Of a DNA stretch of 64,000 bases, positions 37,024-46,618 are shown piece by piece. The DNA comes from Nitrospirota bacterium. GTDB lineage: Bacteria; Nitrospirota; Thermodesulfovibrionia; UBA6902. The position numbers and the translations under genes were made by a program. The notes under the pieces are model-generated. The model worked only from the letters and a program-made list of their open reading frames with translations. It did not search any database and had not been told where the DNA came from. Every line of letters starts with the position of its first letter. Within the stretch, counting starts at the first letter, position 1. The DNA is taken from NCBI GenBank assembly GCA_016222905.1, contig JACRPZ010000005.1, forward strand, positions 142 through 64,141, in the 5' to 3' direction.

Positions 37024-39981
37024 ATGAATAACCACGCTTTTCTTCAACGATACTTGGCTGAAAAAATAACCCATCAAAAAATGGCTGGGTCTCTGTCAAG
37101 ACTTTCCTCTGTTCTTGCAAAAGCCTCTATCGAATTAAATCCTTACCAGATTTATGCGGCTCTCTATGCTTTTAATAGTCCTCTTCAGCGGGGAGCAATA
37201 CTTGCTGATGAGGTTGGTCTTGGCAAAACAATTGAAGCAGGCATTATTATTTCACAGCTTTGGTCTGAGGGAAAAAGAAGGATATTGATTATTACACCAG
37301 CATCTTTGAGAAAACAGTGGCAGGATGAGCTTTCAAATAAGTTCGGGCTTAATTCAGAAGTTTATGACGGTCCTTCTTTTACAGAAAAAATTAATAACGG
37401 GGAAAGAATCCCGTTTACCTATGAAGGGGTTTTTATAGTCTCGTATCAATTTGCCTATGCGCGTGCCGGGTTAATTGAAAAACAGCCGTGGAATGCAGTA
37501 TTCATTGATGAAGCACACAGAATGCGTAGAGTATATAGAGGACGGGATGCGTCAAAGATGGCATATGAAATAAGAAGAATTATTTCTGGAAAACCCAAGG
37601 TATTACTAACAGCAACACCTCTGCAAAACAACTTGATGGAGCTTTATGGGATTGCCAGTTTTATTGATGATAAGCTTCTTGGTACACCATATAGTTTTAA
37701 AACACGTTTTGTTGATCCTCTTTCAGAAATTAACGAATCAAACAGTGGAAGACTCAAAGAATTAAGAATCTTAATTAAAGGAGAAGACAGCGAAAGTCAA
37801 ACAAGTATCTCAGGAATCTTAACAAGAACGCTTAGAAAAGACGTGCTTGAATATGTACGCTTTACTGCCCGCAAGTCAATGACATTTGATTTCACGCCTT
37901 CAGATGAAGAAGTTGAGCTTTACGAAAAGGTTTCCTCGTACCTCCAGCGAGATGAAGTTGCAGCGATCAAAACAACACAGAGAAACCTAATGATACTTGT
38001 TTACAGAAAGCTACTTGCAAGTTCTTCCTTTGCGATAGCCGGAACCCTGAAGAAGCTGATTGAAGCATTGGAAAAAGAATTAAGTCTCAGAGCTAAAGAA
38101 GATACTTATCAGGATAGCACAGCATTTACTTCAGAAGAAGTGGAAGATGAAGGGATAGAGGAAGAGCTTGAAGAATCCGAACTCGACATGGCTGAACAAA
38201 TACAAAAAAAAGAAAAGCCGAGAATTAATCGGGAAAAGTTCAGTAATGAAGACATTCAGAAAGAAATAACCGAATTGAAAAGCTACTACGATCTTGCGGT
38301 ATCAATCGAGAAGAACAGCAAGGGCGATGCCCTGATTAGGGCGCTTAAATCAATGTTCAATTTAGCAAGAGAAAAAGGTTGGCCACAGAAGTCTGTTATA
38401 TTTACAGAGTCGAGAAGAACGCAGGAATACATAGCCGGTATCTTAAAAGACAATAATATAACCTATACTTTATTTAACGGCTCGAATGCTTCATCGGATG
38501 CAAGGTTGTCTTATGAGAAGTGGGGGAAGGAGTTCCCTGAGTTTGCGTCGTCCGGTTCTTTCTCAGCAAACATGAGGCAAGCTCTGGTGCATAATTTTGA
38601 AAAGAGTTCGCAGATCTTATTGACAACTGAGGCTGGCGCTGAGGGATTAAATTTGCAATTCTGCAATATAGTTATCAACTACGACTTGCCGTGGAATCCG
38701 CAAAGAGTTGAACAGAGGATAGGAAGATGTCACCGTTACGGGCAAAGATATGAAGTTCTTGTTTCCAATTTTCTTAATACAAGAAATAGGGCTGATAGAC
38801 GCCTTCTTGAGCTTCTTCAAAGTAAGCTGAATCTGTTTGACGGACTATTCGGGTCTTCGGATGAAATTCTCGGCGCTCTCGAATCGGGAATTGATTTTGA
38901 AAGAAGAATACTTGAGATATACCAATCATGCAAAACGCCGGAGGAGATAGATGCAGCTTTTGACACCCTCCAGGAATCCCTGCAGGGCAAGATATCTGAC
39001 AACATATTAAAACTTAGGTCGTATCTCACGGAATTTGATGAGTCCGTTAAAGGTCTTTTTAAAAGAACAAAGTTCGATATGGAGAATGCCTTGTCTGAAT
39101 TAGACAATGATCTTGTAAGATTATGCGATCTGGCCCTTGACCACGGAATAAAGAAGACAGACAATGATGGCGTATACGAAATATCCTGCAATGGCGATAA
39201 GCATCTGATGGCCTTTCGTAATTTAAAAGAAGATGAGATAGGCAAAATTCCACGCGCTCATAGAGAACATCCTGTCTTAAATAAAATAATAAATGAATCC
39301 TTATCTATTGAAACAAACCCGATACCATCAATTGTTTTTGATTACTCCAGCGCCAATAAAAAAATATCGCAATTAGAGTCTTTATTGAACAAAGATGGAT
39401 TCATGTTTCTCTTTAAACTTAAGGTGAATGGAATAGAAACAGAGGATATCCTTGCACCACTTTCATTTATTAAAGAGAAAAAGGAATTTAAGCCTCTTGA
39501 TCTTCCGACAGCAAATCAGGTACTTTCTCTTAATATTTCAAAAGATGCATGTTTTGACGCAATATCAGAGCTTCCATTTTCAAGAGAAGAACTTTTATCA
39601 TACTGGAACAACTGGAAGTCTCAGTCCCTGGAGATTTACCAGAAAAAAAATGAACGGCTCTATGACAGGGAAATAGACCGGATAAACCGTTATTATCAGG
39701 ACTATTCATTAAAGGTTGATGATAAAATTGCTAAACTGGAAAAGGAATTATCCGAGTTCAACAGAAAGAGAGATAATTCAGCAGACCTTGCCGAGCGAAG
39801 AGACCTGCATAAGAAGATTCAGAAACTGGGGCTTGATATTGAAAAGTTGCGGATAGAACAGATAAAGCTTAAGGAGGAGGCCTTTACGAAAAAACAGAAA
39901 GACCTCGAAGAACTTGAGATAAAATTTGAAATTGCAACGGAAGAAAAAATGATAGCCATAACACATTTTAGAATTATATGA
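37024..39981 (+). CDS. SNF2-family helicase/ATPase with an uncharacterised ~400-aa C-terminal extension
   Basis: Motif I DEVGLGKT, DEAH box FIDEAHRMR, TATPLQNNLMELY, helicase-C motifs TEAGAEGLNLQ and QRVEQRIGRCHRYGQ. Confidence 0.9.
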   Translation: MNNHAFLQRYLAEKITHQKMAGSLSRLSSVLAKASIELNPYQIYAALYAFNSPLQRGAILADEVGLGKTIEAGIIISQLWSEGKRRILIITPASLRKQWQDELSNKFGLNSEVYDGPSFTEKINNGERIPFTYEGVFIVSYQFAYARAGLIEKQPWNAVFIDEAHRMRRVYRGRDASKMAYEIRRIISGKPKVLLTATPLQNNLMELYGIASFIDDKLLGTPYSFKTRFVDPLSEINESNSGRLKELRILIKGEDSESQTSISGILTRTLRKDVLEYVRFTARKSMTFDFTPSDEEVELYEKVSSYLQRDEVAAIKTTQRNLMILVYRKLLASSSFAIAGTLKKLIEALEKELSLRAKEDTYQDSTAFTSEEVEDEGIEEELEESELDMAEQIQKKEKPRINREKFSNEDIQKEITELKSYYDLAVSIEKNSKGDALIRALKSMFNLAREKGWPQKSVIFTESRRTQEYIAGILKDNNITYTLFNGSNASSDARLSYEKWGKEFPEFASSGSFSANMRQALVHNFEKSSQILLTTEAGAEGLNLQFCNIVINYDLPWNPQRVEQRIGRCHRYGQRYEVLVSNFLNTRNRADRRLLELLQSKLNLFDGLFGSSDEILGALESGIDFERRILEIYQSCKTPEEIDAAFDTLQESLQGKISDNILKLRSYLTEFDESVKGLFKRTKFDMENALSELDNDLVRLCDLALDHGIKKTDNDGVYEISCNGDKHLMAFRNLKEDEIGKIPRAHREHPVLNKIINESLSIETNPIPSIVFDYSSANKKISQLESLLNKDGFMFLFKLKVNGIETEDILAPLSFIKEKKEFKPLDLPTANQVLSLNISKDACFDAISELPFSREELLSYWNNWKSQSLEIYQKKNERLYDREIDRINRYYQDYSLKVDDKIAKLEKELSEFNRKRDNSADLAERRDLHKKIQKLGLDIEKLRIEQIKLKEEAFTKKQKDLEELEIKFEIATEEKMIAITHFRII

Positions 39982-41015
39982 ACTCAGTAATAGAAAAAAG
40001 GAGAAAACAGGATTTAGGCATATTTTACACAAGGCCTGAAATTGTGGATTTTATCTATGACATACTCCTTGTCTGGAAAGAGAAAGAGGATAAGGATGCC
40101 AAACGATGGGAGTTGCACAAACCCAAGCATTACCCATCAGTTATTGACCCAACTTGCGGTGAGGGGATCTTCTTAAAGAAAGCCATTGAAAGGAAATTCA
40201 CAAAGGCTGATTGGGTTTTTGGGATGGATATAGATGAAGAAGTTGTTAATAGATGGCCAAGTATCAACCTTCTCGAGGCATTCGGTAATGATGAGGCGAA
40301 ACTGAAAGCGCACTTCTTTCATCAAAACGGTTTGCTGCCGATTGAGTGGGAACAACACAAAGGCCTGTATTATGGAAACCTCAAAAAAGAGGATATCAGG
40401 AACGGACAGTTTAATCTTGTAACCGGAAACTTTCCCTATGGCGGAATTGGCGTGGATTTCTCAAATCATCCGACTCCGGAAGGACGGAGGCTATTAGATT
40501 CACTGCGCACTTTTCGGATATTCAATTATAAAAACAAAAAAAGAAATAATGGGAATAATGGAAATAAGCCTGTGAATGGGTTGTTTGATGCCCTTGTTTC
40601 TGAGCCTTCTTCTTCTTATTCAATCGTAAATCCAAAAGAAGCGGAGTCTATGCCGATAGAGGTTTTGTTTATAGAAAGGTTTATTCAGTTATGCAAAGAC
40701 GGAGGATGGATAGCAGTAATAATCCCTGATGGCATATTGGCAAATTCCAATATGCAATATGTGAGAGAGTTTATTGCTGATAACACAAAAGTTGAGGCAA
40801 TAGTTTCCCTTCCACGAGACGCCTTCAAGCACGTGGGCACATCAGCAAAGACAAGCATTCTGTTTCTGAAAAAGAAGAAAATGGAAAATCTTAACTATCC
40901 TGTTTTCCTTGCGTCTCTGAACAAGATGGAAGAAAAAGGACTGAAAATAATATCAGAACAATATGAGGAGTTTTATTATGAGTCAAAACTTAAACACATC
41001 GAAGACAGTTTATGA
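39978..41015 (+). CDS. Gamma-class N6-adenine DNA methyltransferase (HsdM/Eco57I-like)
   Basis: Motif X GIFYTRPEIV, motif I DPTCGEGIFL, motif IV-like GNFPYGG, and the C-terminal GGWIAVIIPDGIL...SLPRDAFK...TSILFLKK region. Its ATG overlaps the SNF2 stop (ATGA). Confidence 0.85.
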   Translation: MNSVIEKRRKQDLGIFYTRPEIVDFIYDILLVWKEKEDKDAKRWELHKPKHYPSVIDPTCGEGIFLKKAIERKFTKADWVFGMDIDEEVVNRWPSINLLEAFGNDEAKLKAHFFHQNGLLPIEWEQHKGLYYGNLKKEDIRNGQFNLVTGNFPYGGIGVDFSNHPTPEGRRLLDSLRTFRIFNYKNKKRNNGNNGNKPVNGLFDALVSEPSSSYSIVNPKEAESMPIEVLFIERFIQLCKDGGWIAVIIPDGILANSNMQYVREFIADNTKVEAIVSLPRDAFKHVGTSAKTSILFLKKKKMENLNYPVFLASLNKMEEKGLKIISEQYEEFYYESKLKHIEDSL

Positions 41016-41796
41016 AAATGATTTTATTATGGTAAGAGTTGATAAGACTCTTAAAGAAATGATGGAGGAGAAACCATCGAGTAGATGGGATCCAGGTTAT
41101 TGGGAGCCAAAATATGATCAAGTACTTTCGCAGATAAGCAAAACTTATAAAATTGACCCCCTTAGAGAATTGCTTTCGATTCCCATTATTGCCCCTGACC
41201 ATGTTCGAGCAAGTAAAGGTGAATATATAGGTAAAAAGTACTCGTGCGAATATAGAACATTAAAGGATTTATTATTTACAGGGTTAAATTATGCAAATAT
41301 TAATTATTGTTCTGATAATGCATTTCAACGCTTGATACGGTCACAGCTTCAAGTTGGTGACATTCTTTTCGCAGGTTCAGGCATCGGTGCCATTGGTCGT
41401 GTTGGGTTCGTTGATAAAGTTTCAAAAAAATCATGTGTTGGAGACTTATTTATTATTCGAGAACCTAAAATCAATAATTATTATTTATATATTTTTCTTT
41501 TATCTCTATTTGGACAGGCTCAAATTGAAAAAATCTATCACGGAATCCAATCAGCAAAAATAAGTACACCAGAAATTGCGGAAATAAAGATAGTATTAAT
41601 CCCAAATAAAGTTCAAAAACACATCGAAATAGAATACAAAAAAATGGCTTCTCATCATGATAAAGCTATGGAAGCCAAGGCTAAAGGCAGTGATACAGGG
41701 TACAAAAAAAACATCGAAATTGCAGAGGCAATGTTGAAGGACTTGATTGCTAAGACTGAGACAGTAATTAGGGGTGAGCAGGAGGATATTATTTAA
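40978..41796 (+). CDS. Restriction-modification specificity (S) subunit-like protein, single target-recognition domain
   Basis: Size and composition of a half-HsdS/BcgIB-like TRD with a coiled-coil C-terminal region. RBS GAGGAG sits 8 nt upstream of ATG 40978. Overlaps the MTase 3' end. Confidence 0.6.
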   Translation: MSQNLNTSKTVYENDFIMVRVDKTLKEMMEEKPSSRWDPGYWEPKYDQVLSQISKTYKIDPLRELLSIPIIAPDHVRASKGEYIGKKYSCEYRTLKDLLFTGLNYANINYCSDNAFQRLIRSQLQVGDILFAGSGIGAIGRVGFVDKVSKKSCVGDLFIIREPKINNYYLYIFLLSLFGQAQIEKIYHGIQSAKISTPEIAEIKIVLIPNKVQKHIEIEYKKMASHHDKAMEAKAKGSDTGYKKNIEIAEAMLKDLIAKTETVIRGEQEDII

Positions 41797-43595
41797 TGCC
41801 GAATCGCTCTGAAGATTCCTATATAGTTCATGACATTATTCCCTTATTATCCAAACTTGGTTATCCGGGTACAGGAGATCATGAAAGAGTCAGAATTAAG
41901 GATGTACCGATATATCGTCCGGGCGGTGGTAAAGCCGGCGCAATGGACATAGTGTATTATCATAATGACGAACCGGTATTGCTTGTTGAAGCAAAGAGAG
42001 AACATAAGACACACGAAACTGCTCTTTCCCAGGCACAGAATTACCTCAAAAACTTCCCGGTAAAATATAAAAAATATGCTGCATCAGGCAGAGCGCCTTT
42101 ATATGTTGCCACCACAGTTGGCAGGGAAATAAAGTTTTACAGAAATCGCTACGAGATTGTTGATGATCAGATAATACAGACTGCCGAACAGGTTGAAATC
42201 TTACCCTTTGATGAATTGCTTACAGAATATGGTCTTACATCTGGATACAAAGCTAAGCCTCTTGATGCCGAATTATTCAGAAGAGATTTCATCCCGGAAC
42301 TGGTATCTGTGTATAACGTTTCAGAAGATGGCAGAATAACGCCGGATGTTATAAAAAAAGTCTCAAGCCATATACTAAACTATCTCGAAAACCGGCACAC
42401 TTATGACACCCGGTCACCCTTTGTTGAGCTTAAAAAAGCTCTTTTCAGGCAGGAGCACATCAAAGACCTTCACAGACGTTTTGATTTAATAAACTCATTA
42501 GGCCCTGATATTGCCGAGCAGTTCAGAAGTTTTATTTTAAGATCATTTCAGGGGAATGAATTTAATCAATATCTTACTGAACAGTGCATCATTGCTTTCA
42601 TGTTTGACCTGATTGGAGAGGTAAAAAGCAAATGGAAGGTTCTTGACCTTGAGTGTGGGAGCGGCGGTTTTCTGTCGGCAGCAGCCAAAAAAAATATTCC
42701 TTTAGAAAATATGCTGGGCGTTGATATTGACAGCCTTCCTTTCACAATCGCTACAACGTATCTTGCATTATATTTTTCTAAAACAGGGAAAGAAATTTCC
42801 CAAATACCTGTAAAAGAGACTAATGGATTATTTTATTTAGGCGATGACTGGGATTTGGTTGTCGGCAATCCTGCAGGAAGTCATCAATACGAAAGAGGCA
42901 ATTTAGAAGATGTTTTAAAAAATCTTGAACGGGATATTAATCAGGACGGCAGAGATGATAAATTTTCTGAATATAATTTTTCTGTTCAGCAGGCTGTAAG
43001 GTCATGTAAGGTTGGCGGGAAACTTTGTCTGTTTCTTCCAGAAGGTTTCTTCTCTAACTCTCAGGATGAATTCTTAAGGAAGTATGTTGCCAAATACTGC
43101 CGAATTCTGGCGATTGTTAGTCTGCCAAGAGGTGTTTTCAAAAAAGGCACTTCAACTAAAACAATCAACACAGGCAGTCAAGGCTCTTCACAGAAAATGT
43201 CAATTCTTTATGCCGAGAAAATCAGGGCCGTCAAAGATGGAGAAGGCATTGAGATTGATAAAATAAAGCTCGAATATCCTGTCTTCTTAGCCAACATATC
43301 CAAGCCCGAATCAACAGCAGGTGAGATAAGCAACTGGCTTGAACCAAGACTTCGCCTTGTATTAGAAGAATGGAGAAGCTGGCAAGATAAAAAGGAATTC
43401 GTGGAGTTAGATGAATCCCTATTGAAGGAAGCGTTTGATACTTCAAAGGCAGCTAAGAAAACAAAAAAATCTAAAAAAGAGGATATGCAAATGGAACTAA
43501 TATTGGACGAACCTATTGCAAGCAAAAAGCCCAAAACCGTCAGCACAGAAATCAGTATAAGCGAGAGCCTAGATAAATTGTTTAAAAAGAGATAG
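41796..43595 (+). CDS. Type IIB (BcgI A-subunit)-like protein: N-terminal PD-(D/E)xK nuclease domain fused to an HsdM-like MTase domain with degenerate catalytic motifs
   Basis: The D...EAK motif (MDIVYY...LLVEAKRE) is nuclease-like. MTase motif I is LDLECGSGGFL and the C-terminal region is GGKLCLFLPEGF...SLPRGVFKKGTSTKT. However, motif IV reads GNPAGS (not NPPY/F) and motif X reads QYLTEQ. Its ATG overlaps the S stop (TAATG). Confidence 0.75.
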   Translation: MPNRSEDSYIVHDIIPLLSKLGYPGTGDHERVRIKDVPIYRPGGGKAGAMDIVYYHNDEPVLLVEAKREHKTHETALSQAQNYLKNFPVKYKKYAASGRAPLYVATTVGREIKFYRNRYEIVDDQIIQTAEQVEILPFDELLTEYGLTSGYKAKPLDAELFRRDFIPELVSVYNVSEDGRITPDVIKKVSSHILNYLENRHTYDTRSPFVELKKALFRQEHIKDLHRRFDLINSLGPDIAEQFRSFILRSFQGNEFNQYLTEQCIIAFMFDLIGEVKSKWKVLDLECGSGGFLSAAAKKNIPLENMLGVDIDSLPFTIATTYLALYFSKTGKEISQIPVKETNGLFYLGDDWDLVVGNPAGSHQYERGNLEDVLKNLERDINQDGRDDKFSEYNFSVQQAVRSCKVGGKLCLFLPEGFFSNSQDEFLRKYVAKYCRILAIVSLPRGVFKKGTSTKTINTGSQGSSQKMSILYAEKIRAVKDGEGIEIDKIKLEYPVFLANISKPESTAGEISNWLEPRLRLVLEEWRSWQDKKEFVELDESLLKEAFDTSKAAKKTKKSKKEDMQMELILDEPIASKKPKTVSTEISISESLDKLFKKR

Positions 43596-43758
43596 GGAAT
43601 CCGCTTTGCCCTCACTTCCTTATAAGGATTCTGAGAAAATTACAAGCAGTTGCGCGAAAAAGCATCCGGCAGAGCAAAGAGTAAACTAATATGCTGCTGC
43701 AAGCGGCTTTGAGGGAGGCGTTACAGCCGAAGGAAGAAAGAGCAGGAGCTTACAGATA

Positions 43759-44298
43759 ATGGAAATCAAAATAAACAAAGGCATATTATCATTGGTTGAA
43801 GGAGATATAACAAAGCAGAGTACGGATGCGATAGTAAATGCCGCGAATAAAAGTCTCCTCGGCGGAGGCGGTGTTGACGGGGCAATCCATAGGGCTGGGG
43901 GGCCCAAGATACTTGAAGAATGTATAAAGATAGGCGGCTGCGAGACTGGCGAGGCGGTAATTACAACAGGCGGGAATCTTAAAGCCAAATACGTTATTCA
44001 TACGGTTGGCCCAATATACAGAGATGGACTTCACAATGAGCCTAAACTACTTGATAATGCTTACCGGAACTGTCTGAAACTCGCATCATCAAAAGGCATA
44101 AAGAGTATCGCGTTCCCTTCAATAAGCACAGGCGCATACAGGTATCCGCTTTCCGATGCCGCAGAGATTGCGCTAAAGACAGCGGTCGAATATCTAAAAG
44201 AGCATACGGATATTGAATTGGTGCGCTTTGTTCTTTTCGGGCAAAAGACCCTTGAGGTTTATGAGAAGGTATACGCCCTTATTTCAACTGATCACTGA
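43759..44298 (+). CDS. Macro-domain protein (O-acetyl-ADP-ribose deacetylase, YmdB-like)
   Basis: VNAANKSLLGGGGVDGAIHRAGG and GNLKAKYVIHTVGP macro-domain signatures. Confidence 0.85.
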   Translation: MEIKINKGILSLVEGDITKQSTDAIVNAANKSLLGGGGVDGAIHRAGGPKILEECIKIGGCETGEAVITTGGNLKAKYVIHTVGPIYRDGLHNEPKLLDNAYRNCLKLASSKGIKSIAFPSISTGAYRYPLSDAAEIALKTAVEYLKEHTDIELVRFVLFGQKTLEVYEKVYALISTDH

Positions 44299-44716
44299 CC
44301 GCCTTATTTAAGGCATTCTGCGCTTTTATAAGTTTTTTATATTTTGACTCTGTTTTTGCCATGTTTTTTGAAATCACTGCTTTTAGCAGGTCCCCCTCGA
44401 TTTCAGCAACATCGAGCCGTTTGTAGTAATCCATTGTCTCATTAAGATGTGCAATAACTATCTTGCCTGTCAGGATCGGATGATTGTTGGTCACATTTGC
44501 CTCTTCATACATTGTTCCATGCTCAAGCTCAACTTCCAGCCCCTGCATAAAATCTTCAAGAGGGACCCTCATCTTCTTTGTATTCACGATCTTAAGGATC
44601 CTGGATGCTTCAGCTTTTGATACAGTCGGCTTTTTTATTTTAGACCAGTCCCTGAAACCCAACTCCTTACATACCCTCCTTACCTCAGCGGCCGTAACAT
44701 ATTCCGGTAATTCCAT
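44279..44716 (-). CDS. Hypothetical protein
   Basis: ORF with coding-like composition. Family not recognised. Confidence 0.5.
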   Translation of the reverse strand: MELPEYVTAAEVRRVCKELGFRDWSKIKKPTVSKAEASRILKIVNTKKMRVPLEDFMQGLEVELEHGTMYEEANVTNNHPILTGKIVIAHLNETMDYYKRLDVAEIEGDLLKAVISKNMAKTESKYKKLIKAQNALNKAVSDQLK

Positions 44717-44848
44717 CTGTTTCTCCTTTAACTTAAATTGATCTTCCCTGTGGCAAGACCACAGGGAATCTAATGCAATGACTCTTAATTATTACATTCG
44801 CTCGTTAGACCCATGGCAGAGACCACGGGGAATACACTCGCTTTCCAT

Positions 44849-45535
44849 TTAATAATTTGCCTGAACTTCACTTTCCACTAATTCTTTTAATTGGTTGGCG
44901 CCAAAGCTTGGAAGCGGCCTCCCGTTTACAAAAAATTCAGGTGTCTGCCTGACATTGAGAGTCTTGGCATCCGCAAGGTCCTGCTCAATATGCTTAGCGA
45001 TTTCAGGATCATTCATATCATTTCTGATCTGTTCAACATTTAGTCCTGCCTCAGGAAGAAATTGCCATATTAATTCAGGCTGGGGACGATGATGGCTTGC
45101 CCAGTAATGCTGGTATTTATACATAACCTCCAGAGTTTCCCAATACTTTCCCTGTTTTCTTGCCGCTTCAAGTATCTTTACAAAATAATCTGAGCCTTCA
45201 TGAAACGGGGCATACCTTACAACAAGTTTTGTTTTGCCCTGGTGGGCAGCCATTAAGTTTTTTACGAGAGGATAAAAATCTCTGCAGGTTTCGCACGCGG
45301 GGTCAAAAAATTCTACGATATAAACTTTTGCGTCATCACTGCCGTGTGTCAGTGAATAATCTCTGACAAAGGTTGAAGCATTTTCTCTCGCCATAAAGTC
45401 GAGCTTCTTGGCCTGCTGGCTTTTATATAAATAACCGCCAAGCACAAAAAAAATTATCAGGCAAACAGCTGAAATTAAAACTATGTTTTGTTTCTTCTTT
45501 GGTTTCTCTTTTTTCTTTATTTTTTGCTTTTTCAT
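44849..45535 (-). CDS. DsbA-like thiol:disulfide oxidoreductase (membrane-anchored)
   Basis: N-terminal TM anchor and a thioredoxin fold with CETC active site (FFDPACETCRDFYP). Confidence 0.75.
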   Translation of the reverse strand: MKKQKIKKKEKPKKKQNIVLISAVCLIIFFVLGGYLYKSQQAKKLDFMARENASTFVRDYSLTHGSDDAKVYIVEFFDPACETCRDFYPLVKNLMAAHQGKTKLVVRYAPFHEGSDYFVKILEAARKQGKYWETLEVMYKYQHYWASHHRPQPELIWQFLPEAGLNVEQIRNDMNDPEIAKHIEQDLADAKTLNVRQTPEFFVNGRPLPSFGANQLKELVESEVQANY

Positions 45536-45969
45536 TTAGAAAGTCTCCTTTTTAATATAAATAATAATACTGCTATGGCTGAAAATGCCATTAACGACAG
45601 CATAGGAATTGTGAAAATACCGAACAAGTTGATGTAGTCCTCCGTGCATGAAACGCCCTTGCTGCAGGGTTGTACGCTTTCCGGAATTATCCCCGTGTAA
45701 AGAAGATTGTGATAAAAAGCGATAAGCCATCCTGCCAAAGCTAAAGGAAGGGCAAACTTAACAACGCTTTTATCAAATGAGAAGAGTGCCGTTGATAAAA
45801 TTAAGACTAAGGGAAACAAACAAATTCTTTGATACCAGCATAAAACACAGGGAGCAAATTTTATTATTTCGCTAAAAAACAGGCTTCCCAGTGTAGAGAT
45901 ACTGGCTATCAGCCAGCATATAAAAAGAATAGTCCAGTTTGAAGTGGTCGTTTTATCTGTATGAGTCAT
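45532..45969 (-). CDS. Disulfide bond formation protein B (BdbC/DsbB-like)
   Basis: CVLCWYQR motif and four TM helices, translationally coupled to the DsbA-like gene. Confidence 0.8.
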   Translation of the reverse strand: MTHTDKTTTSNWTILFICWLIASISTLGSLFFSEIIKFAPCVLCWYQRICLFPLVLILSTALFSFDKSVVKFALPLALAGWLIAFYHNLLYTGIIPESVQPCSKGVSCTEDYINLFGIFTIPMLSLMAFSAIAVLLFILKRRLSK

Positions 45970-46618
45970 CCCTATTATTTCCCAACAAATGAGAACCTCG
46001 CATTAAGGAATTTTTCATTGTGTAAGCTCATCTATCTGTGGCTTCTCCTCTTCCGGAAGTTTCTCCTGATCTTCCCCGATATTATCAGTAAGAATATTAG
46101 TATACTCACTCATTGTACTGTTTTCACTTGGTTCAGATATAATCAGGAGCGTTATAAAAATAAATAATCGAATAATCATTTATTTCACTAAGTGTATCAT
46201 CTATTGCCTTGATTTTTAAAGTGGATGAAATCTAAGAGAAAAACCGCACCCAGAAAAAGAGCCTTCTGAACCATTAAGTTGATGCTTGTAACGGCCACAT
46301 TCATAGCTTTTTTGTGCAGTGGATGAGGCCTCAGCAGTTAGCAAGAATATTAAAACCGCCCTTGCTTCCGGCAATATTAAATTATCGCTTGAAGGGATAG
46401 AAGACAGTGAACAGGTAAACAAAGCCTTGTGATCGAGGCAGTTCCTTATTGGAAATATTGGAGCATCAGAGCAAAGTTAGGATGAATAAAAATGAATCCT
46501 TAAATGTAGGACTGAGACTTATAAGAATATCGGACTAATTCCTACTTGATTCTATTATCTAAATTCTGTATCTTAACAATGCACACTTTTTCCTTACTAA
46601 TAACGGAGGTCTTGTCTA

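Noticed and set aside
43759-44298. Macro domain as part of the upstream defence operon (DarG-like antitoxin)
   Set aside because: It is separated from the operon by a 160-bp gap with its own start context. It has the housekeeping YmdB-like size of 179 aa and no fused DarT-like partner, so it is treated as an independent gene.
45970-46618. ncRNA in the 650-bp gap before the cysteine-rich ORF
   Set aside because: No convincing conserved structure or promoter/terminator pair is visible, and the two 68-aa ORFs there look spurious. It is noted only as an unusually long gap.
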